Positions 38,526 through 48,508 of a stretch of 64,000 nucleotides of DNA are shown here, in pieces. Made by a program: the position numbers and the translations under genes. Each line of letters opens with the position of its first letter. Position 1 is the stretch's first letter. The notes beneath the pieces were generated by a model. That model was not told where the DNA came from, did not search any database, and saw nothing but the letters and a program-made list of their open reading frames with translations. The stretch is from Candidatus Vogelbacteria bacterium RIFOXYD1_FULL_44_32 (GTDB lineage: Bacteria; Patescibacteriota; Minisyncoccia; Phycocordibacterales; XYD1-FULL-46-19). The DNA is taken from NCBI GenBank assembly GCA_001823065.1, contig MHTJ01000003.1, positions 9,844 through 73,843 of the forward strand. Direction: 5' to 3'.

Positions 38526-41500
38526 ATGCCAACAAGTTACGGAAAACTGTTACAGACAATCCGTTATTATGTGTTGGTTTTGAAGCAAATAATTTTTAAA
38601 TTTGCTTTTTCAAAGTGGATTAGCAAAAAAAATATCCTAGGAAAAATAAGGGTATTTGGAGTAGTGGTGATTATCCTAGCCAATATTTTTACTCCACTTA
38701 CCGCCAGTGCCGCTATTAATCAGCAAATAAACTATCAGGGTAAACTTACTACTACGGCTGGCGCCGCGGTCACCGACGCTACCCGTAGTACTGTCTTTTC
38801 ACTTTACACCGCTTCGTCTGGGGGCACCGCTATTTGGACCGAAACTCAAAGTGTCTCCACGACTGATGGCTTGTTTAGCGTGATGCTCGGTTCAGTGACT
38901 TCGCTAGCGACAGTCAATTTCAATCAAACTCTCTATCTGGGGGTCAATGTGGCCAGTGACGGCGAAATGTCACCCCGCAAAATTATCGGCGCTGTGCCCG
39001 CTTCTTTTTATTCTAGCGATTCCGATAAACTCGATGGTTTGACCGCCTCTGATTTTCTGTATGCCACTACCACCAATGCCACCGCCACTATTACCTCTTT
39101 AAATGTTGGCAATTCTACGACCACCAACGCGACCACTACCAGTTTATATGTTGGGTCAACTGCCACCGTGGCTGGATCTTTGGTTGTATCAGGAACAGCC
39201 ACTAGTACTTTTAATGGAGGTATAAATCTTCTTGGGACTAATGCTACTTTGACTATTGGCAACAATCTGGCTGAAAATAATTATCTTAAATTCAACTATT
39301 CGTCGACGGGTGGTGGTGATGTGACCGGCCAGCTCGAAGGGGTAGACCAAATGTCCTATGGGTTTAACAATCGGGCTTACTACGGCGGCACGGCGGGCGT
39401 AGCCAGCGGTCGGACTTTGTATATTCTTGATCGCGTGGCCGGGCTCAATCGGGGTGGCTTCAACGCCTCTGGCGATTTCTATGTTGGCCCATCCACTACC
39501 AACTATGGTCTCAATGTCAAAGGTCCCAATTCTGGCGTTACCGGGCTCACTGTTTTGGGAAACGGATATGTGGGCATTGGTACTAGTACTCCAGATACAG
39601 ATTTGGCGGTTTTTGCTAGTACCGGCACCACTACTTTAAAGATTCATAATTCTGGCACCGATTTAAACGCTGTCTTGCAATTTATGGAAGATACAGTGGG
39701 ACAGGGAATGGAACTTCTCTACGATGCCAATGGTAATGATCTAACCATTCGGGGTATTACTGAACAAACACCAATTTTTACGGCGGAACGTACTGGCCGA
39801 GTGGGTATCGGCAAGGCCAACCCTTCAACTACATTGGATATTGTGGGTACTGCTTCCTCAACTGGTTTACAAGTAAATGGCAGTGGAACAATCGCGGGGA
39901 GTTTGACTTTGGGTACTGCCCTAGGTGTTGCCAGTGGTGGTACCGGCCTTACTTCCTACACTTTGGGTGATGTTATTTATGCTTCTGGTACAGGGACACT
40001 GGCTGGCACTTCTACCGCCAATTTGAAAACCACTTTAAGTTTGAACAATGTCGAAAACACGGCCCTGTCCACTTGGGCGGGAACAACCAATTTGACAACG
40101 TTAGGGACAATCGCCACCGGCCTCTGGCATGGCACGGCAATTGAAGATGCTTACATTACCAAAACTGGTGCTTGGACTGGTACCTTTGATGGTCAAGAAG
40201 GTAGTTATTATTTAGACGCCACGAACCTCACCAACTTTGGTACACCGTTCTACACCTATTTCTCCGCCACCACCACCGATGCTCTGACTCAAGGTTCAAC
40301 CAACAAATATTACGCCGACTCTTTGGTTAATGCTTACATTCATGCTTCATCAACTATCCCTAAAACTTACACCGCCAACACTTTCACCGGCGCCAATACT
40401 TTCAACAGCACTTTCACTATCGGCTCCTTCACTGGCCCATTGCAAGCCGCCAACGGCGTCGTCTCCGCCACCACTTCCATCGGCGTCGTCTACGGTGGCA
40501 CCGGTCTCACTTCCGCTCCGGCCTACGGCAACCTGCTGGTTGGTAATGCTTCCAGTGGCTACACTTTGACGGCGACTTCGTCACTCAACCTCGCTATCTC
40601 CGACACTGTTGGTACCTTGAGTGTGGCCAAAGGGGGGACGGGCGCCACCACATTCGGTCAAGGTTGGATATATTCCGATGGTGGCACTGGTGCGCTCGCT
40701 GCTTCAACTTCACCAACGGTCAATTATATTACCGCTACCTCGACCATCGCCACTTCCACCTTTGCTGGTGGCCTCGCGGTGGAGACGAGTGGTTTGGTAT
40801 ATGACTATTCGACCAATAAGGTTGGTATCGGTACAGATAGTCCCACCAATGAACTGCACGTAAATGGCAATGCCCGCATTGGTGAGCTCGGCTTTATAGC
40901 CAACTGGCCGGTGGTATGGTTCAACGCCTACTATGACGATACTGACGCACGGGCAGAGTTTACCACCAGCGATTCTGCTTTTGCTTTGTATCATGATCAA
41001 ACCAATGACTTGTTCAAGATTTTATATAACGCAGTAGGCACGGCTGGAAACCAGGTGAGCTCATCAAACGTTGCATTGTCAGTAAATACATCTGGCAATG
41101 TCGGCATTGGTTCTACCACCCCTGAGGCAAAACTCACCGTTCAAAATACTGGCACGGGTAACTCGTTCATCGTCGAAGACCAAGCCGACGATACCTCACC
41201 TTTTGTCATCAATGCCAGTGGCAATGTGGGTATTGGCATGACTGCTCCCGGCTATAGCCTAGAGGTTTCCAATGCGATTGTCTCATCTTTGGCTAATGGT
41301 TCTGGTCACCCTTATATCGGTATTCGGTCTTCTGGAGCTTCAATGTGGTATTTGTCTGACAATGACACAACCAATGACTTTCATCTCGGTACATCTCTCA
41401 ATGATACAAAGTTTGTCGTTGACTTTTCAACAGGCAACGTCGGCATCGGCGACTCCACTCCCGACTATACCCTCGATGTCACCGGCAACGCTCGATTCAC

Positions 41501-44500
41501 TTCGCTTGTTGATGCTGCCAACTTTGTCGCCACTTCCACCACCGCCACCTCCACCTTTGCTGGTGGCCTCGCGGTGGAGACGAGTGGGTTGGTGTATGAC
41601 TACTCCACCAATTTTGTGGGTATCGGTACAGCTTCGCCATCTCAAGAATTGGAAGTTATCTCCTCGGCAAGTAATAGTAATGTTTTTGTTGTTTCCGATT
41701 CCGCGGGTACTGATACCAGTATTTTCCGTATCTTTGAAGTATCTGGTGGCGGTGGGCTGGCCTCACTTTATAGTGCGTCTGATGCAGAAGCGATTAGGCT
41801 AAGTGCCACCGGTGACTCGTGGATTAACACCGACAATGATCTGGGTATTGGCACCACTTCACCCCTGGCTCGCCTCGATGTCGTCGGCTCTCTATCTGGT
41901 ACTACACCGCTATTTCAAGTTTCTAGTCTGGGCGCGAGCTATGCCACCACGACTCGAATGATAATTGATTCGAGTGGTAATGTGGGGATCGGTTCATCCG
42001 CTCCTTCTGAATTGCTCACTATTCAAGGAGCAAGTGGTGGTATATCGGGTGTTACAGCCGATACGGTGAGAGTTATGATCCATGATACCTCTAATGGTGG
42101 AACTTGGGATATTGTAAATCCGTTTGCTTCTTTTGCTTTTTCGCGGGCTGACACTAGCGGCGAAGGCGCTGGAATAGCCGCGGAAATTGGAGCCGTCCAT
42201 AATGTCTCTAGCACTGGTGGTAATGTGCGAATAGGATTTTTTACCGCTCCAACAACCTCTGGGACTATGTTGGAAAGAATGAGTATTATGGATGCTGGTG
42301 AGGTGGGTATAGGTACCACTACTCCAAGTGCTAAATTGACTGTTACATCAGATACCGCCAGTGATACTTTTGCTTCTTTGTATCTTGGAGCTATTGAAAC
42401 AGCCAGTGACACCTATCTGACTGGTCTATTTAAATCTGGTACAACCAATGGAGCTCCAGATGTGCGGATAGTAGACAAGGATACCAGTCAAGCTCGCGCT
42501 GCTTTACAGATTCAAGGTAATAATGGAAGTACCGAAATCGCTTTCTTTGGGGCCGGTGGTAATGTCGGCATCGGCACCACTACTCCCCAAAATATTTTGA
42601 CAGTAAATAGTGCTTACAATGTGAGCAATGATTCATTGGATGTGAGAATTAACAATACGACCGATAGTTATAATCGGGGGGCGGGTATCCTTTTCTCTGA
42701 CGCCTATCTTACTACTGGGCGGATAATGGGTATGCGTAGTCGGGGGGCATCACTAGCTGCCGACCCACTTTATGGCAGTATGTTTTTGGATTATCGCAGT
42801 AATTTTCATCTATTTAATAATTTAGCTGGTACGACGGAATTTATGCGGATTACTTCAGCGGGCAACATGGGGATTGGCACTACCACACCCCTTGCCCGTC
42901 TTGATGTTGTCGGCTCTCTATCCGGCACTACCCCACTCTTCCAAGTTTCCAGTCTGGGGGCCAGCTATGCTACGAGCACTAAATTTATAATTGATTCCAG
43001 TGGTAATGTCGGCATCGGTACTACCACCCCCGGCACTTCACTTGGTGTCGCGGGGGCTGGAGTCTTCGGGGCCAATGTAACAGCCAGTGTTTTCAATGCG
43101 ACCTCCACCACCGCTACCTCCACTTTTGCGGGGGGTTTGGCGGTGGAGACAAGCGGGTTGGTGTATGACTATTCAACCAATTTTGTGGGAATTGGAACCG
43201 CTAATCCTCATGGAGCTTTAGAAGTCGATGGTAGTATATATACAAGTCGTGAAAATAGAGGCATCTTCTTTAATAATTTTTTCAATGGTACTAATTACAC
43301 AACCATTAATAACGGAGAATCTGGCGTTTTAAATTTCGGTTCTTCTGGGGAGTTAAATTATAGTACCGCCGCTTCTCGCTCAGCTGGGGCAACTGGTTCG
43401 CAGACAAATATATTTACCGTTCTTAATACTGGGAATTTTGGTATCGGCACCTCCACTCCCGGTACCCAACTTGGTGTCGCTGGCGCGGGTGTCTTTGGTA
43501 CTTATGTCAATGCCAGCATATTTAATGCGACTTCTACAACCGCCACCTCCACCTTTGCTGGTGGGCTGGCAGTAGAAACCAATGGACTGGTTTACGACTA
43601 CTCCACAAATTTTGTGGGGGTTGGGACGGCTGCCCCTCAAACAAAATTCAACGTTAATACAGCTAGTGCTTCTCTAAGTTGGAATGGTATGTTTAGAAAT
43701 ACGACTCATCAGTCGGCTGTTGGTCCTGGAGTGGGAGTAAAGTTTCAGCTGGGTGGTGCCGACACTCCTTCTGAATTGCAAAAATGGGCGGGTATTGCCG
43801 GGGTCTCAGAAGTAGGCACTTATGAACAAACAGTCGCTCTAGCCTTTTATACTCGTTTGGAAGCTAGTGCGGCTGATGCGACTGAAAAAATGAGAATTAC
43901 AGGATCGGGCAATGTCGGCGTGGGTACCACCACCCCCTTAGCTCAACTCACCGCTTCGTCTACTAGTAAGATTGGTCTTATTATTGATCAGCGTGGAACT
44001 TCTGACATTGCTCAATTTCAAGATGCTGGTACTTCAATTTTTGTGATTAAAGATGGTGGCAATGTCGGTATCGGTACCACTACCCCGGGGTCGCTTTTGT
44101 CTATCGGCAACACCGGCACCGGGCCTATCAACCTGTCCGCTACCGCCACTTCCACCTTTGGTTTTGGCATCAACCTCCGCGGCGGTTGTTTCTCGATTAA
44201 TGATTCCTGTCTCGCCAGCGGTGGGTCGGGGACCCCGGTGGGTAGTAATGGAAATATTCAGTTTAATAATTCCGGTTCTTTTGGTGGGGAAAATGACTTA
44301 AACTGGAATTCTACTTTGGACATCTTACAAGTTGCAACATCTACTGGTGGTCAGATACATGTCGGATATATAAATAACAGTAATATCACAGGTACAGCAG
44401 CCGCTAATACCTATATATCGTCCGGCCATAGTTTTCTTTCAAACGGAACAAATGCGGCAACTATCTATCTTGCGGTTGGAGGCGCCGACACTTCGATTGG

Positions 44501-45899
44501 GGTTGGCCAAGGAGGAGATGGTGGAGTTGTAAATATGGTTCAGGGGGGTAGTAGTAGTGATACTAACGGTGCTGATGGCACAGTCAACATTGGTCTATCA
44601 ACCGGTAACAAAAATGCCACCGTCAATGTTTATGGGACCATCAATACTATGTTTAGAAATACTGCTACCACTAATGGCGTCTGCCATTCTGGTACTGATC
44701 TAGATACTACTGACACAACTAATACCTACTCTTTAGTTGCCTGTTCGGCGGCACCGGGTGACATCGCCGAATTTTATCCTGTATCTGACGAGGATATAGA
44801 AGCTGGCGATATTGTTGCACCATCACTAGATGAATTTTTGTATAGTGCCGAAGGTAGTGATCCTTATACTGGAGTTGTTAAATCTCTAGGCACTCAAGAT
44901 GTTTCAATAATGGACAAGGCTACTAAAGAGACGGGTTTTGTTGGGGTTGTATCTACTGGTCCATTCCAGACTTTTGGTAAGGATATTTTGAAAGCTAGAG
45001 GCAAAGACAAATCTCGAGCTATTGCCCTAGTTGGTCGGGTGCCAGTAAAAGTAAATGGCGAAGGGGGAAATATAAAGCCCGGTGACCGCATTACTATTTC
45101 ATCCGAACCAGGCATTGGGATGAAGGCTACTACCACTGGTATGACTTTGGGTGTGGCTCTCAATTCTTTTGCTGGCGAAAGTGTCAGTGATACTGGCGAA
45201 GTTATGGTATTTATAAATATGTCTTACGCCAAGATTTCCGATAGTGTCAGTGACGGTGATATTACTGAAGCTTTGTGGCAGATAGACAACACAACTGGAG
45301 ATATCAAAGCTCTAGCCTCGCTTGATTTAGGTGGTAAATCACTAAAAAACATTTCTTCACTTTCTAGTATTACTGGTAAATGGAGTATTAGTGAAGATGG
45401 CAAGCTGGTTGTTGACGAAATAGAAACCAACAAGCTGACAGTCAAAAATGGGATTACGACCCAAGATAAAACCACTGGTGATTTTTATTGTATATATATA
45501 GACAATGGCACTCTTGAAACTGAACAAGGTAGGTGTGAAGATTTGGTTGTAGAAGTAGTGGCTGAACCAGAGCCTGAGCCAGAACCACCGGCCGGTGATA
45601 GCGGTACTGGTGGCGAAACAGGAGACGGAGACGGTGATGGTGACGCTGGTGGTGATATCGGGGGCGAAGAAAATTCCAGTGGTACAACAGAAGAGGGTGG
45701 AAGCACAAGCGGTTCTGCTGGAGAAGAATCGACAGGAGACGAGGAGGCTACTACTGGAGGAGAAACTGGTGGTGGGACAGACCCCGGCGCAAGTGAATCG
45801 GATGTAGGAACTTCTGAAAGTGGAGAGCCATCAGTCGAGTCGGGTGGCGATAGTCAGACCGGTGATTCGAGTGGTGGGGAAACTACTAGTGGTGTGTAA
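38526..45899 (+). CDS. giant (2457 aa) secreted/surface fibre-like protein with Thr/Ser/Gly-rich beta-repeat arrays and an acidic low-complexity C-terminus
   Basis: It has an N-terminal hydrophobic anchor or signal. There are at least 4 copies of ATSTFAGGLAVETSGLVYDYSTN(F/K)VGIGT, many (S/G)GNVGIGTTTP...L(T/D)V motifs resembling phage tail-fibre-like repeats, 2 copies of a ~45-aa LARLDVVGSLSGTTPLFQVSSLGASYAT block, and a C-terminal EPEPEPEPPAGDSGTGGETGDGDGDGD tail. Confidence 0.8.
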   Translation: MPTSYGKLLQTIRYYVLVLKQIIFKFAFSKWISKKNILGKIRVFGVVVIILANIFTPLTASAAINQQINYQGKLTTTAGAAVTDATRSTVFSLYTASSGGTAIWTETQSVSTTDGLFSVMLGSVTSLATVNFNQTLYLGVNVASDGEMSPRKIIGAVPASFYSSDSDKLDGLTASDFLYATTTNATATITSLNVGNSTTTNATTTSLYVGSTATVAGSLVVSGTATSTFNGGINLLGTNATLTIGNNLAENNYLKFNYSSTGGGDVTGQLEGVDQMSYGFNNRAYYGGTAGVASGRTLYILDRVAGLNRGGFNASGDFYVGPSTTNYGLNVKGPNSGVTGLTVLGNGYVGIGTSTPDTDLAVFASTGTTTLKIHNSGTDLNAVLQFMEDTVGQGMELLYDANGNDLTIRGITEQTPIFTAERTGRVGIGKANPSTTLDIVGTASSTGLQVNGSGTIAGSLTLGTALGVASGGTGLTSYTLGDVIYASGTGTLAGTSTANLKTTLSLNNVENTALSTWAGTTNLTTLGTIATGLWHGTAIEDAYITKTGAWTGTFDGQEGSYYLDATNLTNFGTPFYTYFSATTTDALTQGSTNKYYADSLVNAYIHASSTIPKTYTANTFTGANTFNSTFTIGSFTGPLQAANGVVSATTSIGVVYGGTGLTSAPAYGNLLVGNASSGYTLTATSSLNLAISDTVGTLSVAKGGTGATTFGQGWIYSDGGTGALAASTSPTVNYITATSTIATSTFAGGLAVETSGLVYDYSTNKVGIGTDSPTNELHVNGNARIGELGFIANWPVVWFNAYYDDTDARAEFTTSDSAFALYHDQTNDLFKILYNAVGTAGNQVSSSNVALSVNTSGNVGIGSTTPEAKLTVQNTGTGNSFIVEDQADDTSPFVINASGNVGIGMTAPGYSLEVSNAIVSSLANGSGHPYIGIRSSGASMWYLSDNDTTNDFHLGTSLNDTKFVVDFSTGNVGIGDSTPDYTLDVTGNARFTSLVDAANFVATSTTATSTFAGGLAVETSGLVYDYSTNFVGIGTASPSQELEVISSASNSNVFVVSDSAGTDTSIFRIFEVSGGGGLASLYSASDAEAIRLSATGDSWINTDNDLGIGTTSPLARLDVVGSLSGTTPLFQVSSLGASYATTTRMIIDSSGNVGIGSSAPSELLTIQGASGGISGVTADTVRVMIHDTSNGGTWDIVNPFASFAFSRADTSGEGAGIAAEIGAVHNVSSTGGNVRIGFFTAPTTSGTMLERMSIMDAGEVGIGTTTPSAKLTVTSDTASDTFASLYLGAIETASDTYLTGLFKSGTTNGAPDVRIVDKDTSQARAALQIQGNNGSTEIAFFGAGGNVGIGTTTPQNILTVNSAYNVSNDSLDVRINNTTDSYNRGAGILFSDAYLTTGRIMGMRSRGASLAADPLYGSMFLDYRSNFHLFNNLAGTTEFMRITSAGNMGIGTTTPLARLDVVGSLSGTTPLFQVSSLGASYATSTKFIIDSSGNVGIGTTTPGTSLGVAGAGVFGANVTASVFNATSTTATSTFAGGLAVETSGLVYDYSTNFVGIGTANPHGALEVDGSIYTSRENRGIFFNNFFNGTNYTTINNGESGVLNFGSSGELNYSTAASRSAGATGSQTNIFTVLNTGNFGIGTSTPGTQLGVAGAGVFGTYVNASIFNATSTTATSTFAGGLAVETNGLVYDYSTNFVGVGTAAPQTKFNVNTASASLSWNGMFRNTTHQSAVGPGVGVKFQLGGADTPSELQKWAGIAGVSEVGTYEQTVALAFYTRLEASAADATEKMRITGSGNVGVGTTTPLAQLTASSTSKIGLIIDQRGTSDIAQFQDAGTSIFVIKDGGNVGIGTTTPGSLLSIGNTGTGPINLSATATSTFGFGINLRGGCFSINDSCLASGGSGTPVGSNGNIQFNNSGSFGGENDLNWNSTLDILQVATSTGGQIHVGYINNSNITGTAAANTYISSGHSFLSNGTNAATIYLAVGGADTSIGVGQGGDGGVVNMVQGGSSSDTNGADGTVNIGLSTGNKNATVNVYGTINTMFRNTATTNGVCHSGTDLDTTDTTNTYSLVACSAAPGDIAEFYPVSDEDIEAGDIVAPSLDEFLYSAEGSDPYTGVVKSLGTQDVSIMDKATKETGFVGVVSTGPFQTFGKDILKARGKDKSRAIALVGRVPVKVNGEGGNIKPGDRITISSEPGIGMKATTTGMTLGVALNSFAGESVSDTGEVMVFINMSYAKISDSVSDGDITEALWQIDNTTGDIKALASLDLGGKSLKNISSLSSITGKWSISEDGKLVVDEIETNKLTVKNGITTQDKTTGDFYCIYIDNGTLETEQGRCEDLVVEVVAEPEPEPEPPAGDSGTGGETGDGDGDGDAGGDIGGEENSSGTTEEGGSTSGSAGEESTGDEEATTGGETGGGTDPGASESDVGTSESGEPSVESGGDSQTGDSSGGETTSGV

Positions 45900-45998
45900 T
45901 CAAAAATTAAAAATTTTTTCTAAACGAAAAAGTGCCCGCCCAACGAGTGAGCGGACACAGAGGGTTCCAGGGAGAGAGACTAGTTCTGCCTTAAAACC

Positions 45999-46496
45999 CT
46001 AAAGCTTACAGACTAGCCCGGCGACCGGACTGGTCATAAAAACGTAGACGGTTTCGCCGGTGGTGAGAGTGCCGGCCTCAGCGGGAGCGAGAGAGAGGAA
46101 AATAATTTTCCCTTCAATGTCAGCGGTTCCGTGGAACCGCCAAATCGAAGAGTTCTCCCTCACTGTCACTGACGTGAGCTTGGTCTCGACAACTTCTAGA
46201 GTGTCGAGGTCCCAGCCCTGGGCCTCCCACCAGTCGCGGGCGGGGGTGGTGGCTTCGATCCTCGCATTTTCCTCCGTCCGTTCGCGTCCGCGCGCGAGCT
46301 CGGATTCCGTCATCGGAATCATGCTCGAGTTGGCGGCCGCGTACACCGTGTCCATCGGTGTACCCGGGATGAAAAACGGAATCAACGCAATTGTGCCGAT
46401 AGTGATGGATACCGCCACCATCCCGGCGATCAACACCCGCATTCTCCACGTCATCTTTTTGACGGTCTTTGGGCCGTCATTGTTAACAGTCAACAT
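45999..46496 (-). CDS. GC-rich hypothetical membrane-anchored protein (165 aa from ATG 46496)
   Basis: A GGAGG SD lies 4 nt upstream of the ATG on the minus strand and there is one N-terminal TM helix. Coding DNA is ~60% GC. Confidence 0.45.
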   Translation of the reverse strand: MLTVNNDGPKTVKKMTWRMRVLIAGMVAVSITIGTIALIPFFIPGTPMDTVYAAANSSMIPMTESELARGRERTEENARIEATTPARDWWEAQGWDLDTLEVVETKLTSVTVRENSSIWRFHGTADIEGKIIFLSLAPAEAGTLTTGETVYVFMTSPVAGLVCKL

Positions 46497-46672
46497 ATGG
46501 CCTCCTTGCTGGATAACCAGCCCTAATGATAAGTGCTCTAATTTAGATAATACACAATATAGAAAAAAAGTCAAGTACAAGGGGAAAATAGGGGATAAGT
46601 GATATTTAGGTATAAAAATAGCGCCGACTCTGGGGGAGAGCCGGCGCGCTTGGCTTTGTTCTGGTCTTGAAC

Positions 46673-47545
46673 CTAGAACAAAGCCGTGAGGATTGCGTTC
46701 AGACGGGAAGCGGGACCCCGTCCGGTTGGGTACTTTTCAAACGAAACGTGTCCGTCCATGTACAGGATGTTGGCGCCACCAGGAACGTGGTTGAAATCGT
46801 CGGCTTGGGCGTCGACGATATCCCAGAGGACGTAAACATTGCTCTGGGCCGCTGAGCTTGCCGCCGCGTTGTTGATGTCGGTAATGAAAAATCGCTCAAT
46901 GCCTTCGCGCAAGCGCAAGCCTTTGGTGGCTGCTCCACCCGCGTTGGTCCAAGACAAGTCGTTATCCGCGGCCGTTGCGTTTCCGCCACCGACAGCGGTG
47001 GCCACTCCAACTAAGGCGCCGACAAATCCGGCGTCGATATAGGTGCCAACGGCGTTGGCTAGGGTCATGGCACCGTCGTTGAAGTTGACCCCGGGTACTC
47101 CAATCAGGTCTTGGAAGGCCCAACCGGAATACACCAACGAAAGCGAATCTAATTCACAGGGGGCAAACGTCCCGCTGGGGCTGTTTCCCACCTGCCACCG
47201 ACCACCGGTGAAGCGGTCGATGCCGTCGGAATCGGACGGGCAGACAAACACCTTCAAATCAGCGATGTACTCGGGGAACACTGAGTCCCCGCGCACGATG
47301 AAGTCAAACCCGGGCGACTCGCAAAAGTCCCCGTCCCTCGTCTTCGCGGTTGGGAACTTCTCGCCCTTGCTCTCGTTCGCGTACATCTTGAGCACTATTC
47401 CGATCTGCTTGAGATTGTTGGCGCAGGACGCCCGACGGGCCGCTTCGCGCGCCCGGGCCAGTGCCGGCAACAGAATGGCCGCGAGGATGCCAATGATGGC
47501 GATGACCACCAACAGTTCGATCAGGGTAAATCCCTTTTTCTTCAT
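46673..47545 (-). CDS. DUF1559 / H-X9-DG protein with type IV pilin-like (prepilin-type) N-terminal cleavage/methylation domain
   Basis: N-terminus [49 protein letters not shown] and C-terminus [15 protein letters not shown]. This family is hugely expanded in Planctomycetota/Verrucomicrobiota. It has ~60% GC and a GAAGGAG SD. Confidence 0.85.
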   Translation of the reverse strand: MKKKGFTLIELLVVIAIIGILAAILLPALARAREAARRASCANNLKQIGIVLKMYANESKGEKFPTAKTRDGDFCESPGFDFIVRGDSVFPEYIADLKVFVCPSDSDGIDRFTGGRWQVGNSPSGTFAPCELDSLSLVYSGWAFQDLIGVPGVNFNDGAMTLANAVGTYIDAGFVGALVGVATAVGGGNATAADNDLSWTNAGGAATKGLRLREGIERFFITDINNAAASSAAQSNVYVLWDIVDAQADDFNHVPGGANILYMDGHVSFEKYPTGRGPASRLNAILTALF

Positions 47546-47696
47546 TTCTCAACACTCCTTCTTTTTCTGTATTTTACCTCACGCCAGGGCGACGCCCTTA
47601 GCAACTAGATGAGGTGTCAGTCCGCTACCAGTTATACACTTCATATAAATAATGTCAAGGTGTGAAATTTGGAATTTAAATTTGAAAATCTGGGTT

Positions 47697-47737
47697 AGCC
47701 ACCATTCATTTATTCCCCACGAGGTTCAACCTCGTGG
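47697..47737 (+). repeat. 41-bp direct repeat copy 1 (AGCCACCATTCATTTATTCCCCACGAGGTTCAACCTCGTGG) containing an 8-bp-stem hairpin
   Basis: It matches 48468-48508 at 40/41 positions. Confidence 0.8.
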
Positions 47738-47862
47738 TGGGGATCTATTTTCCAAAGTTTAACCTTGGAATTTAGCCGGTGGGTTGTAATTTCCCCCCGT
47801 TTTGGCGAAGCCAAAACGGGGGGAATTTACTTAATATTTTTTAAAATGTTACAATAATTTAA

Positions 47863-48339
47863 ATGAACAATTACGCATTTATTGATGCTCAAAATGTCCA
47901 CCTAGGCATCAAATCTTTGGGTTGGGATTTGGACTGGGGAAAATTTAGAGTTTATCTGAGAGAAAAGTATAATATTTTCACGGCCTATATTTTCATTGGA
48001 TTTATCCAGACCAACCAAGATTTATATTCCGAGCTACAGAAAGCGGGTTATATTTTGATATTTAAACCAATTATTTTAGACAACAACGGAAAAGCTAAGG
48101 GAAATTGTGACGCGGATCTAGTATTGCACTCTCTTATAGAAAAAGATAAATATGACCAGGCGGTTATTGTTACCAGTGATGGAGATTTTTATTCCCTCGT
48201 TCGCTATTTATACGAGAACGGTAAACTGGCAATGGTGCTAAGTCCTTATGCCGAAACCTGCTCCAAATTGTTAAAAAGAGAAGCTAAAGATAAGATAAAC
48301 TATATGGACAATTTGAAGGGGAAAGTTGGGCAAAAATGA
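47863..48339 (+). CDS. NYN-domain (LabA/DUF88-like) protein, predicted RNase
   Basis: Motifs FIDAQNV, GNCDADLV and VIVTSDGDF are characteristic of the NYN/PIN-like family. Confidence 0.75.
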   Translation: MNNYAFIDAQNVHLGIKSLGWDLDWGKFRVYLREKYNIFTAYIFIGFIQTNQDLYSELQKAGYILIFKPIILDNNGKAKGNCDADLVLHSLIEKDKYDQAVIVTSDGDFYSLVRYLYENGKLAMVLSPYAETCSKLLKREAKDKINYMDNLKGKVGQK

Positions 48340-48381
48340 AAACGCACCGCATAAGGACAAAACCTTATGAAGTGCGTTTTC
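48340..48381 (+). terminator. intrinsic terminator (nested hairpin AAACGCAC...GTGCGTTTT)
   Basis: The stem plus T-run lies immediately after the NYN gene stop. Confidence 0.55.
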
Positions 48382-48467
48382 TTGTGGATATATACATCAT
48401 ATAGAAATTACCCTAAAAGTCAACTATTTTGATAGGTCTGGAAATTTAGCATCGGAGAATTGGGGTC

Positions 48468-48508
48468 AGCCACCATTCATTTATTCCCCACGAGATTCAA
48501 CCTCGTGG
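48468..48508 (+). repeat. 41-bp direct repeat copy 2
   Basis: Has one mismatch relative to copy 1. Together the two copies bracket the NYN gene. Confidence 0.8.

Noticed and set aside
39008-45706. Multiple 70-130 aa ORFs on the minus strand and in other plus frames inside the giant gene (e.g. 42023-42412, 40330-40569, 45454-45708)
   Set aside because: They lie entirely within a continuous 7.4-kb ORF with strong repeat-protein signal. They are low-complexity frame shadows.
47697-48508. Possible CRISPR array suggested by repeated 41-mers
   Set aside because: There are only two copies ~770 bp apart enclosing a full gene, with no regular short spacers and no cas genes in the window.
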